Below, in pieces: positions 11,315-21,308 of a DNA stretch of 64,000 bases. Position numbers and translations under genes: made by a program. The notes below the pieces were generated by a model. That model saw nothing but the letters and a program-made list of their open reading frames with translations. It was not told the origin of the DNA and did no database searches. The DNA is taken from NCBI GenBank assembly GCA_963829055.1, contig CAWHHI010000004.1, positions 288,001-352,000 on the forward strand, given 5' to 3'. The stretch is from an uncultured Gemmatimonadaceae bacterium (GTDB lineage: Bacteria > Gemmatimonadota > Gemmatimonadetes > Gemmatimonadales > Gemmatimonadaceae). Position 1 is the first letter of the stretch. Each line of letters opens with the position of its first letter.

Positions 11315-11858
11315 TCAGGCCGCTGCGGCAAGGAGTTGCGACGCGCAGTTGAGCGCGAAGGCTACAATTGCCGGCTCCTCCTCATCGACGACGATGTCGG
11401 CGATCGCGCGGCGTACCGCCTCGAGCGAGGCGTATTCCCCACCTATCCACTCCTCCATCCCTTCCGGCGAGCGGACTGCCAGGTCGCGCTGGAGCCTTCC
11501 GATCTCCAGGGCCAACGTGGCGACCGCTTGAGCGGGCTGGGAGTCGTTCTGAACTCGGGTTTTCGCAGTCGCCAACACTCGGCTGACGACCTGGGAACGA
11601 TCGGGCGCCGGCCGGAAGTGCGCCGGGACGATTGGTGCGGAGCCGACGGCTACCGTCGTCGTCGGGATCGAGGGTGCAACGACGGCCGGAAGTTCCTCCG
11701 TCGCTCCGACTCCGACCACGGTGCTCGCTCCGAACACCAGCGCCGCGAGCGTACGGCCGCGGCGGCGCACGCCGCCGGTCGGATTCAGAACCACCCCACT
11801 GCACCAGCTCAGCGTTGAGTGCCTTGTTCAATGCGTCGAGGTAGTTGCTCGGTGCCAT
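11315..11858 (-). CDS. Hypothetical protein (about 180 aa; one frame break near 11795)
   Basis: MAPSNYLDALNKALNAELVQWG joined to VLNPTGGVRRRGRTLAALVFG...EEPAIVAFALNCASQLLAAAA; a terminator lies downstream; no family recognised. Confidence 0.55.
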
Positions 11859-12373
11859 GGTCGGATTCTCAGTTCTATCCGCCCGATCGGGCGGCGTTAG
11901 GTCGATGTGGTCGGTCGGCGTTCGAAGCGTGCGAGTTTTTCTTTCGGCGTCTCGCTTGCGCCGTTTGACGAAGGGAAGGATACGAAGCCCGATCACCCGG
12001 GAATCAACGCCGTGTGTGTCGAGTTGCCTGCGTTGTAAGTCGCTATTGGATAGTGCTTTGATCGAGGATGCCGATGTCGGATCACTGCCGATCGCTGGTC
12101 GAGCCGCGGTCGAATCACTTTCAGGTGATCGGCTACGCTGTCCTGCTCGCGCTTCGTCATTCGCGATTTTTCCCAAACGGCTGAATGAGGAACGGCACCC
12201 TGCGCATGATCCGGACAACGGCGAGACCGATGGAACGATCGTTCAAAGCCTTCGCGGGATGCCATTGGCCGAAAGGCACGTCGCAAGGATCTCGACTTCG
12301 TAGATGCCGGTCAGGTACTCATCGCGCGGAACGGCAACCAGACCGGACAGCCGTGATCGGTATCACGAAAGAC

Positions 12374-12407
12374 TTGACAGATCGCGGTTGCTAATACGTA
12401 TTAGCAA
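12374..12407 (+). promoter_or_regulatory. Sigma70-type -35 box and LacI-family operator
   Basis: TTGACA at 12374-12379; perfect 20-bp palindrome TTGCTAATACGTATTAGCAA at 12388-12407 with the central CG typical of LacI operators, 2 nt before the lacI GTG. Confidence 0.85.
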
Positions 12408-12409
12408 GC

Positions 12410-13477
12410 GTGGCGAAACGATCCTCGGCCGCTCAGCGGCGCGTAACCACCCACGACGTCGCGGCACGGGCCGGTGTCTCCCAGCCGACCGTCTCGCTCG
12501 TGTTGTCGCGGAACCCGACTGCCCGCGTGGCGCCCGAGACCCGCGAGCGCGTCATCCGCGCTGCCGAAGAGCTCGGGTACCGGCCGAACGTCGTCGCGCG
12601 CAGCCTCGTCCGCCGACGGTCATACGCCATCGGGCTCGTCGTACCCGACCTGTCGAACCAGTTCTTCGCGCACGTCGTGAGCGGCGCACAGCGGGTGGCG
12701 GTCGAAGAGGGCTACGCCGTTCTGCTATGCGAACAGAACGGCACCGGAATCGACCGCCACCTCGATGCCCTCCGCGCTCGCCAGGTAGACGGCGTCATCC
12801 TCGATGCCGCCGGCGCTTCATCGATTCCCGAGGAACTGCTCGACGGCATCAACGTCGTGCTCATCGACCAGCCCTCTCAGCGCTGGCCCGGAGTCGCGAG
12901 CGACGCCGAAGGCGCGGGACGCATGGCGGCGGAGCATCTCGTCGCACTCGGGCATCGGCGCGTCGCGTTCATCGGCCCGTCGGCCGACGTCCATACGTTC
13001 CGCATGCGCGAGCGCGGGTTCACCCGCGCCATGCGCGACGCTGGGATCAGCGTCGATCCCGACCTGTTCCGGCGTGCGCCAGCGACGGTCGCCGGCGGCC
13101 ATGCAGCGATGCGGACGCTGCTCGCGCAGCGTACCCCGCCGACCGCCGTGTTCTGCGCCAACGACCTGCTCGCGCTCGGTGCGTACAAGGCGTGCGCCCA
13201 GGCGGGCGTATCGATTCCACGCGACATGTCGATCGTCGGGTGCGACGACATCGAATTCGCGCAGCTGGTGACCCCCGAGCTCACGACGATCGCCATACCA
13301 GCACGCGAGCTTGGCGCACGTGCCGCGCGGTTGCTGGTTCGCGAGCTTGCTGGCGACCCGGCCCCGCCTTCTCAGCACACGCGGCCACTCCCGGTCCGCC
13401 TCGTCACGCGCGGATCGACGGCCGCTCCGGCGGCGTCCGCGCCGACCAAATCCAGGCTCGGAGACGCTGGCCGGTGA
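12410..13477 (+). CDS. LacI-family transcriptional regulator
   Basis: VTTHDVAARAGVSQPTVSLVL HTH, LGYRPN, AVFCANDLLALG, SIVGCDD, PELTTI. Confidence 0.95.
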   Translation: MAKRSSAAQRRVTTHDVAARAGVSQPTVSLVLSRNPTARVAPETRERVIRAAEELGYRPNVVARSLVRRRSYAIGLVVPDLSNQFFAHVVSGAQRVAVEEGYAVLLCEQNGTGIDRHLDALRARQVDGVILDAAGASSIPEELLDGINVVLIDQPSQRWPGVASDAEGAGRMAAEHLVALGHRRVAFIGPSADVHTFRMRERGFTRAMRDAGISVDPDLFRRAPATVAGGHAAMRTLLAQRTPPTAVFCANDLLALGAYKACAQAGVSIPRDMSIVGCDDIEFAQLVTPELTTIAIPARELGARAARLLVRELAGDPAPPSQHTRPLPVRLVTRGSTAAPAASAPTKSRLGDAGR

Positions 13478-14511
13478 GTGGGGCGAGCTTGTCGTCGGAG
13501 CGCGGACAGCATGCCGTGATTACCGGCACCGGGTCGTACGTCCCGGCGCGCGTCCTCACGAACGCGGACCTCGCGGCGATGCTCCGCGTCGAGATCGAGC
13601 CGTTCGTATCGGAAACGCTCGGCATCCACGAGCGACACGTATGCGCCGACGACGAGTCCACGGCCGACCTGGCGGAGCGCGCAGCGAAACGAGCGCTCGA
13701 CGATGCGGGCCTCGAGCCGAATGAGATCGACCTGCTGATCGTCACGACGGACACGCCCGAGTTCATCTCGCCCGCGACGTCGTCGGTGGTCCACGGGCGA
13801 CTCGGGACGACGCGCGCCGGCACGTTCGACGTGAACGCTGGATGCGCCGGGTACGTCACCGCACTCGACATCGCGTCCAAGTACATCCGCGCCGACGATC
13901 GATACGATCGCGTGCTCGTCGTCGGAGCGTACGCGATGTCGAAGTACCTCGACTACACCGACAAGAAAACGGCGACGATCTTCGCTGACGGTGCTGGCGC
14001 GACGGTGATCGAGCGCCGCAATGCGCCGGGCGTGCTCGCCTCGGAGCTGTTTGCTGACGGACGACTGGCTTGCGGCATGGGCGTCTTCGCTGGTGGAACG
14101 GCCGAGCCGATCACGGAGGCGGTGCTGCGTGAGGGGTACCGCAATCATCTCCGCTTCGTCGAGAAGTATCCAAAGGAAGTGAACGAGGAAGGGTGGCCGC
14201 GGATCGCGCGCTCGGTGCTCTCACGCATCGGGCGAGGTGTCGAAGACGTTAGGCTGTGGCTGTGGACGCAGGTGAACCTTTCCACGATCCGCCTGGTCAT
14301 GGGTGCGCTCGGCGTTCCGATGTCTCGCGCGCACACGGTGATGGGGAAGTGGGGGTACACGGGTGCCGCGTGTCTCCCGATGGCGCTCGATGACGCCGTG
14401 CGGGCCGGGCGTCTCAGCGACGGCGATCTGGTGATGTTCACCGGCTCTGGTGCCGGTCTCGCGATGGGCTGTGTGGCGGTGGAGTGGCGGAGCGAGGCCG
14501 GACGCCAGTGA
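13474..14511 (+). CDS. Ketoacyl-ACP synthase III (FabH)-like protein with altered catalytic triad
   Basis: GTG overlapping lacI stop; ITGTGSYVP, FDVNAGCAGY, IFADGAGA, FTGSGAGL; WTQVN and GYTGAA sit where canonical FabH has HQAN and GNTSAA. Confidence 0.88.
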   Translation: MSGASLSSERGQHAVITGTGSYVPARVLTNADLAAMLRVEIEPFVSETLGIHERHVCADDESTADLAERAAKRALDDAGLEPNEIDLLIVTTDTPEFISPATSSVVHGRLGTTRAGTFDVNAGCAGYVTALDIASKYIRADDRYDRVLVVGAYAMSKYLDYTDKKTATIFADGAGATVIERRNAPGVLASELFADGRLACGMGVFAGGTAEPITEAVLREGYRNHLRFVEKYPKEVNEEGWPRIARSVLSRIGRGVEDVRLWLWTQVNLSTIRLVMGALGVPMSRAHTVMGKWGYTGAACLPMALDDAVRAGRLSDGDLVMFTGSGAGLAMGCVAVEWRSEAGRQ

Positions 14512-16341
14512 CGGTGCCGTTGCGGGAAGTGCAGGAAATGCACGACACGATGCTCGCGACGTTCCTCTCGCGCGTACGTGCGACTCCCGACCGCGTCGCG
14601 CTCGAGGAGTTGGCGGCGGGTGGAGCGCCCGCGGACCTGTCGCTCACGTGGACGCAGTGGCGCGAGGCATCTCGCTCGTTCGCGGCCGCACTCATTGCGG
14701 ATGGAGTCCAGCGTGGCGATCGCGTAGCGATCCTCGCCGGCAATCGCGCGCTCTGGCCGATTGCCGACATCGGTATCCTCATGGCCGGCGCGATCAGCGC
14801 CGGCGTCTATCCGACGAGCGCTCCGGCGCAGATCCGCGAGTTGCTCAGCGATTGCGGTGCCGTTGCCATCGTCGTCGACACCGCGGATCAACTGCAGAAG
14901 GTGACGTCGGTCGCGCACGAGCTGCCGTCACTGCGCCGGATCGTGGCTGCGGAGCTGGAGGCGTCATCGGGGATCGTCCGTCGGTGGCGCGACTACCTCG
15001 GACAGGGAGCGTCGGCGCTTGCCTCATCCGCCGAGATCGGGGCCGAGATCGACGCGCGATCTCGCGACACGACGCCTGACGACATCGCGCTGCTGATCTA
15101 CACATCGGGATCGACCGGCGAGCCGAAGGGCGCACGGATTCCGCACCGCTACCTGTCGGCATCGGCGGCGTCGGTGCGTGACACGTTAGGCCTCACCGAC
15201 GACGACACGGCATTGTCGTTCCTGCCGTATTGCCACGCGGGCGAGCGCGTGTTCGGCCTCTACACGCGTATCCTGTGTGGCATGCGGACGGGGCACGTAC
15301 TGGAGCACGCCCGGCTCTGGGATGCCGCTCGCGCATTCGAGCCGACGATCTTCGGGGGCCTCCCACGGTTCTTCGAGAAGATCTTCGAAGCGCTCGTCGT
15401 GCACGAGGGCACACTCGGCGCACGCGCCCGTCGTGAATGGCAACGGGCGCTCGCGCTCGGGCGCGAGCGATTCGTGTTTCGTCGGAGCGGTAGCGCGGTG
15501 CCGAGCGAGCTGGAGGAGCAGTGGCGCGAGGCGAGTGCACCCTGCGCAATGGTAGTGGCGAGTCTCCTCGGGACCCGTGTGCGGCTGGCGACGTCCGGTG
15601 GCGCGACACTCCCTCAGGAAGTCGCCGACTATCTCGATGCGGTCGGCCTCTCGGTGCTCGGTGCCTACGGGCAGACCGAGCACCTGTGCGTCGCGTTCCA
15701 CCGTCCGAATTGCTACGACACCGAGACGGTCGGGCCGCCGATGCCCGGCACCGAGATCCGCATCGACTCGGATGGTGAGGTGCTCCTCCGGCGGGGCCCA
15801 CTCACGTTCGCGGGCTACCACGACAAGCCGCTCGAGTCACGCAGATGCGTTCACGGCTGATGGCGAGTGGCTTCACACCGGCGACCTCGGCGAGCTCACG
15901 ACCGGAGGCCGGCTGCGCCTAACGGGGCGAAAGAAGGAGCTCATCGCGCTTTCGAGCGGGAAGAAGATCGCGCCGCTCCCGATCGAATCCCGCCTGATCG
16001 AGGATCCATGGATCGGTCACGCGATGCTGTACGGCGAGGGGCAGCGGTTCGTCTCCGCGTTGCTGGTGCCGCGGCGACCGGTGCTCGAAGCGTGGCAGCG
16101 CGAGCAGGGGTTGCAACTCGCGTACGACGAGCTCCTCGGGCACCCGGACGTTGTGACACGGGTGCAGCAGGCGGTGGACCGCGTGAACTCCGTCCTATCC
16201 GGGCCCGAGCGCATCAAGCGGTTCGTGCTACTCGATCGTGAGCTGTCGGTCGAAGCCGACGAGCTGACGCCCACCATGAAGATCCGCCGCGCTGTCGTCA
16301 CGGAGCGCTATCGCGATCGACTCGAACCCCTCTACCGGTGA
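14508..16341 (+). CDS. Long-chain acyl-CoA synthetase (AMP-forming; one frame break near 15845)
   Basis: IYTSGSTGEPKGA, SFLPYCH, AYGQTE, GEWLHTGDLG, TGRKKELI..SSGKKIAP, ELTPTMKIRR. Confidence 0.92.
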
Positions 16342-16345
16342 CCGG

Positions 16346-16792
16346 ATGACGCGACCACTCGCGATTGGCGCACTGCTGGTGTCGGCGCTTCTGATCGGGG
16401 CCGCGTACGTAGGCGCGCTCGTCGCGTCGCCAGTACCACGGTGGGCGCCATGGGCGCTCATGATCGGCACGTCGACGATCATGCTCGCGACAATGGTGTT
16501 GGGTGCGAGTCGGCGTGGCGCGGGCATCGGCCGACTGGTCGTGCCGTTTGTCGCGATGTTCGCGGTGCTGATAGTCGGTTTCAGTGCCGCGCTGGTTTTG
16601 CCGGCGGAGTCGGCGACGTCTCCTCTCTGGTTTGGGCTCCCGCGCCGCGCGGCCGTGATTTTGTACGGCGTTGGTGTGCTGCCGTTGTTCGTGCTGCCCA
16701 TTGCGTACGCAGTGACGTTCGAATCGCTCACACTGAGTGACGAGGACCTCGAGCGAGTGCGCGCGGTGAAGCGCGCGCGGGTGGGTGCATGA
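16346..16792 (+). CDS. Small integral membrane protein, probable accessory of the SSS transporter
   Basis: 148 aa, about 4 TM helices, LWFGLPRRAA motif; stop overlaps the symporter ATG. Confidence 0.75.
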   Translation: MTRPLAIGALLVSALLIGAAYVGALVASPVPRWAPWALMIGTSTIMLATMVLGASRRGAGIGRLVVPFVAMFAVLIVGFSAALVLPAESATSPLWFGLPRRAAVILYGVGVLPLFVLPIAYAVTFESLTLSDEDLERVRAVKRARVGA

Positions 16793-18285
16793 CACAATCA
16801 ACGGCGCTTCCACCGCTTGCGCAGCCAATCATCGTCGGCGTGGCGGTCGCGTACTTCGCCGTCGTGGCGGCGATCGGCGTGTGGGCGACTCGTCGCACGC
16901 GCACCGCGAGTGATTTCTTCGTGGCCGGTCAGGGGATCGGCCTGTGGGCGCTCGCCATAGCATCCATGGCGGCGACGCTGTCGGGGTTCGCGTTCATTGG
17001 TGGACCGGGGCTCGTCTACTCCGTTGGCATTGGCGCAGTGTTCATCATCCTGCCTGTGTCGCTCACGAACGCGATGGGTGCGTGGGTGCTGGCGAAGCGC
17101 ATGCGATTGCTGGCCGAGGTGCGCGACATGATCACCGTACCGGACGCGATCGGCGCGCGCTATCGGTCGCGTCTGGCGCAGGGCCTGGCCGCGATCGCGA
17201 TCCTGATTGCCGTCGTCGGTTACATGGCGACGAACGTGCTCGCGCTCGGTCTCGTGATCGACGCGATCTTCGGCGTCGGTCTGGCGTGGGGGATCTGGAT
17301 CGGAACGCTGATCACGCTTGCGTACTCCGTGTCCGGCGGGATTCTCGCCGGCGTGTACACGGACGTGTTCCAGGGCAGTCTCATGGCGCTCGCGTCAGTG
17401 TTGGTGTTCGTCTACGTGCTCGAGGCGGGAAGCGGACTCTCCGGCATCTCTCGCACGATTCTCGGAGCCGATCCCGGGTTCCTCGGTCCATGGGGGAAGC
17501 TGACGCCACTGGCGGCGCTCTCTTTCTTCTTCGTGTTTGGGCTTGGGTCGTTAGGCCAGCCGCACGTCGTGCACAAGTTCTACATGCTGCGTGATCCACG
17601 CCGGCTCAAGTGGTATCCGCTCATCATGACGACGGCGTTGTTCGTGACATTGCTGCTGTACGTCGGCGTCGGGCTGGCAGTGAAGTCGCTGGTTGTGACC
17701 GGCGCACTCCCGGCGTTAGGTCGCGCCGACGATGCCACACCGACGTTCCTCCTGCGGTTCACCCCCCTGTTGCTGGCCGCGCTGGTGTTCTCCGGGGTTG
17801 CGGCGGCGATCATGAGCACGGTGAACTCCTTCATGAGCATCGGGGCCGCCGCGCTGACGCACGACCTTCCAGTCGCGTTGGGACGGCGCGTCGGGAACGA
17901 GCTCCGTTGGGGGCGAATCTCGACCGTCGTCATCTCCGTGGTCGCGGCGCTCGTCGCGCAGGCATCCGGGACGCTGGTCGCGTTTCTCGGAATATTCGGC
18001 TGGGGCCTGTTCGCCTCGACGCTGGTGCCCGCGCTGGCGATCGGTCTCAACTGGCAAGGTGCGACCCGCGCTGGCGCAGTGACGTCGATCGCGACGGGCA
18101 TCGTCGTGACGCTCGTGTTCGAGACGCTCGCGTACTTCAAGGTGTACACGTTCCCGGCGGGTGTGACCGTCGCGGGGTTGTCGCTCGTCGCGTCAGTCCT
18201 GGTGTTTCTCATCGTGTCGCTGCTCACGCGCGAGACTGAAGGCGCGGCGATCGACGCGGACATCCGACTCGTGATGGAGGTCTGA
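16789..18285 (+). CDS. Sodium:solute symporter (PutP/ActP-like)
   Basis: DFFVAGQ, SGFAFIGGPG, YSVSGG..AGVYTDVFQG, GQPH, AAIMSTVNS; highly hydrophobic 498 aa. Confidence 0.93.
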   Translation: MTQSTALPPLAQPIIVGVAVAYFAVVAAIGVWATRRTRTASDFFVAGQGIGLWALAIASMAATLSGFAFIGGPGLVYSVGIGAVFIILPVSLTNAMGAWVLAKRMRLLAEVRDMITVPDAIGARYRSRLAQGLAAIAILIAVVGYMATNVLALGLVIDAIFGVGLAWGIWIGTLITLAYSVSGGILAGVYTDVFQGSLMALASVLVFVYVLEAGSGLSGISRTILGADPGFLGPWGKLTPLAALSFFFVFGLGSLGQPHVVHKFYMLRDPRRLKWYPLIMTTALFVTLLLYVGVGLAVKSLVVTGALPALGRADDATPTFLLRFTPLLLAALVFSGVAAAIMSTVNSFMSIGAAALTHDLPVALGRRVGNELRWGRISTVVISVVAALVAQASGTLVAFLGIFGWGLFASTLVPALAIGLNWQGATRAGAVTSIATGIVVTLVFETLAYFKVYTFPAGVTVAGLSLVASVLVFLIVSLLTRETEGAAIDADIRLVMEV

Positions 18286-18737
18286 TGGCGCGAATCGACG
18301 AGCTCTCCGTTGGCCAGGTGGCCGAGTTGGCGAAGACAGTGACGGAGTCGGACATCGTGCTGTTCGCCGGCGTCACGGGTGACTTCAACCCCGTGCACAT
18401 CGACGCGGAAGCGGCGAAGCAGTCCGTGTTCGGCGAACGGATCGCGCACGGGATGCTGAGTGCCGGCTTCATCTCCGCTGTGCTCGGGATGCGACTGCCG
18501 GGTCCGGGCTCGATCTACCTGAGTCAGACGCTGCGCTTCACGAAGCCGGTGCGCATTGGCGACACCGTGACGGCGCGCGTCGAAGTGGTCGAGGTCATCG
18601 CGGCCAAGCGGCGCGTACGGCTCGCGACGACGTGTCGGAATCAGAACGACGAAGTGGTGGTCGAGGGGGAAGCAGTCGTGATGATGGAGAAGCGGGAACA
18701 GGACACGGGGCGTTCAAATCGACAGGGGACACCATGA
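18285..18737 (+). CDS. MaoC-family (R)-specific enoyl-CoA hydratase (PhaJ-like)
   Basis: FAGVTGDFNPVHID hydratase-2 motif, RIAHGML, LPGPGSIYLSQTLRFTKPVRIGD. Confidence 0.92.
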   Translation: MARIDELSVGQVAELAKTVTESDIVLFAGVTGDFNPVHIDAEAAKQSVFGERIAHGMLSAGFISAVLGMRLPGPGSIYLSQTLRFTKPVRIGDTVTARVEVVEVIAAKRRVRLATTCRNQNDEVVVEGEAVVMMEKREQDTGRSNRQGTP

Positions 18738-21304
18738 TCATCTCACGTTGTATCACGAAAGGCTGGCAGGCTGCGCAGGTCACGCTCTTCCTGGCGTTAG
18801 GCTCGACTGCCGCTGTAGCGCAGGCTGGTCGCATCACCGGTACGGTTACGGACTCGGCGAAGGCACCACTGATCGGCGCGCAAGTCAGCGTCGTCGGCAC
18901 ACGGGCGGGCGCGATGAGCGACGCGTCTGGTCGCTATTCGATCAGCGGAGTCAACGCCGGCACCTACGAAGTCCGCGTGCAGCGGATCGGCGAGCGTATG
19001 GAATCCGTCACCGGCGTCGTGGTGCGCCCCGGTGAAGAGACGCGCGTGGATGTCACGCTGGCGCGCGCGCCGCTCTCGCTCGCGGGCGTCGTCGTCTCGG
19101 CATCGCGTCGCGCGGAAAAGGTTACCGACGCGCCGGCGACGATCACGAGCATCGAGACGGAAGCGATCGACAACGCCGTCGGCAACAACTTCGCCGGCCT
19201 GCTGAAGGAGGTGAAGGGTATCGACTTCATCCAGGTAGGCATGACGTCGATCGCGATCAACGCGCGAGGGTTCAACTCCTCGTTCAATAATCGCATGCTG
19301 ATGACGGAAGACGGACGCGTGTCGATCCTTCCGGAGAATGGACTTCCAGTAGGCACGCTCACGGCGACGCCGAAGGTGGACCTCGCCGGCATCGAGGTGC
19401 TCGTTGGTCCGGGCTCGGCACTCTACGGACCAGACGCGTCCAACGGCGTGCTCGCGTTGACGACGAAGGATCCGCGCGCGTCCAAGGGCGTGACACTCGA
19501 GCTCACGGGTGGCAATCGCAACTTCCGCGACATCCAGGCTCGTTATGCGAACACGTTCGGCAACTTCGGGTTCAAGGTGTCGGGCGAGTATCAGCGCGCG
19601 AAGGACTGGGACAACTACCTGTACTACAACGCCGCCGGCACGATCGTGCTCGATACGTTCACGACGACGCCCCCGCCGACGGTCGTGCGCGAGAGCGCGC
19701 TCAAGGATCCGGTGAACTGGGAAACTGGCGTGGTCCGCGGAACTGGTGCGCTCGTGTACTATCGCGGCGACCAGCGCCTCGAGCTGTCGGGCGGAATGAG
19801 CCGGACGGACGGCGTCGGTCAGACGAACGTCGGCCGCAATCAGCTGCGCGACTGGGACTACAACGTCCAGCAGGCGAAGTACTCGACGCCGCACTGGTTC
19901 CTCAACGCGTACCGCGCGCAGTCGAAGAGCGGCACGTCGTTCGCGCTCAATCGTTATGCGGGCGCGCAGCTCGCGCCGGCCAACGCGGCGCTCAGCGCCG
20001 ACTCACTCGGCAAACTGAGTGATTGGCCGAGCGACGGTCGGATGTACGCGGCGGAAGTGCAGGGCAACTATGCGATCAGGCCGCTCCTCAACACGACAGT
20101 GGTCTTCGGCGGACAGTACCGGAACGACGTCGTGAGCAGCGATCGTCAGTGGTTGTGGGATCGCATCACGAAGTCCGATGTCACCAACTCGCAGACGGGC
20201 GTCTACGCGCAGACCACGACGCCGGTGGCGCGCTGGCTCGACGTCGTGCTCGCCGGCCGTCTCGATGATCCGGAGAACTACGACAAGCAGTGGAGCCCGA
20301 AGGCCGGCGTCGTTGTGAAGCCGTGGGTCGATCAGGCATTCCGCGTGACGTTCAATCGCGCGTTCAAGTCGCCGACGATCCTGCAGACGAATTTCTACAT
20401 CCCGGACTGGACGGCGATCATCTCGATCTACGGCAACACCGGCGGCTTCCAGACGACGAACGCCGCAGGCACGGTGCTGGCGACGTATCAGCCGATGCGG
20501 CCGGAAACGAACAAGACGTGGGAGTTCGGCTACAAGGGCATTCTCGCCAATCGGCTGTACCTGGACGGGACGTACTTCCAGTCGGACTACGAGAACTTCA
20601 TGAGCCCGCTCACGATCGTTGGCAACCCGTTTGCTGGCGCGGCGGCAACGTTCGCGAAGCCGGTGACGAACCCGGGCGGCGACATTCCGGTCAACGGACA
20701 GGGGCGCATCGTCAACCAGGCGCCGACACCGATCACGCCGATCGTGCTCACGTATTACAACCTCGGCAACGCCAAGGTCTCGGGCGTCGACGCGGGCCTA
20801 ACGGCGATCCTCACCCAGCATCTCGAGGCGCGGTCTACGCTCTCGACCGTCAAGATCAACGATCTGACGATTCCGCCTGGTGGAAGTCCGGAAGCGGCGT
20901 CGCTCAACGCGCCGACGACCAAGTGGACGATCGGTGCGACGGCTCGCGACCTCGGCCCGGTCACGGCCGGTCTCACGTTCCGCAACGTGAACGCGTACTA
21001 CTTCCGTTCAGGGACGAACACTGGCGTCATTCCGACGTTCGGAGGGCTCGACGCGAACGTGACGTTCAAGCTGCGATCGCTGCAGAATTCGCTCGTGAGC
21101 CTCAGTGTCTCGAACCTGTTCTCGTGCACAGGGGAGAATCCGAGATGGAGCACGCCCCCGGCTACCCCGCCGACGCCTGCGCAGCCGAACAGCATTCTGG
21201 CGAGCGAGGACCGCGGGTGCGGGTTCAACCGCAAGCACATCGAGATGATCAACATGCCGGAGATCGGACCGATGCTGTTCCTCGGCGTCCGGTACGCTCG
21301 TTGA
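18734..21304 (+). CDS. TonB-dependent receptor with N-terminal carboxypeptidase-regulatory-like domain
   Basis: ATG overlapping maoC stop; signal ..AAVAQ, GRITGTVTD, VVVSASRRAEKVTDAPATI, INARGFN, IEVLVGPGSALYG, C-terminal FLGVRY. Confidence 0.93.
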   Translation: MIISRCITKGWQAAQVTLFLALGSTAAVAQAGRITGTVTDSAKAPLIGAQVSVVGTRAGAMSDASGRYSISGVNAGTYEVRVQRIGERMESVTGVVVRPGEETRVDVTLARAPLSLAGVVVSASRRAEKVTDAPATITSIETEAIDNAVGNNFAGLLKEVKGIDFIQVGMTSIAINARGFNSSFNNRMLMTEDGRVSILPENGLPVGTLTATPKVDLAGIEVLVGPGSALYGPDASNGVLALTTKDPRASKGVTLELTGGNRNFRDIQARYANTFGNFGFKVSGEYQRAKDWDNYLYYNAAGTIVLDTFTTTPPPTVVRESALKDPVNWETGVVRGTGALVYYRGDQRLELSGGMSRTDGVGQTNVGRNQLRDWDYNVQQAKYSTPHWFLNAYRAQSKSGTSFALNRYAGAQLAPANAALSADSLGKLSDWPSDGRMYAAEVQGNYAIRPLLNTTVVFGGQYRNDVVSSDRQWLWDRITKSDVTNSQTGVYAQTTTPVARWLDVVLAGRLDDPENYDKQWSPKAGVVVKPWVDQAFRVTFNRAFKSPTILQTNFYIPDWTAIISIYGNTGGFQTTNAAGTVLATYQPMRPETNKTWEFGYKGILANRLYLDGTYFQSDYENFMSPLTIVGNPFAGAAATFAKPVTNPGGDIPVNGQGRIVNQAPTPITPIVLTYYNLGNAKVSGVDAGLTAILTQHLEARSTLSTVKINDLTIPPGGSPEAASLNAPTTKWTIGATARDLGPVTAGLTFRNVNAYYFRSGTNTGVIPTFGGLDANVTFKLRSLQNSLVSLSVSNLFSCTGENPRWSTPPATPPTPAQPNSILASEDRGCGFNRKHIEMINMPEIGPMLFLGVRYAR

Positions 21305-21308
21305 GCGA

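Noticed and set aside
12030..12062. dif/Xer-like site (TGTAAGTCGCTATTGGATAGTGCTTTG)
   Set aside because: Symmetry is weak and it does not match XerC/XerD arm consensus; no recombinase nearby.
12304..13473. 735-aa ORF implying a long N-terminal extension on the KAS III
   Set aside because: The extension is an alternative frame of lacI; GTG at 13474 overlapping the lacI stop is the better start.
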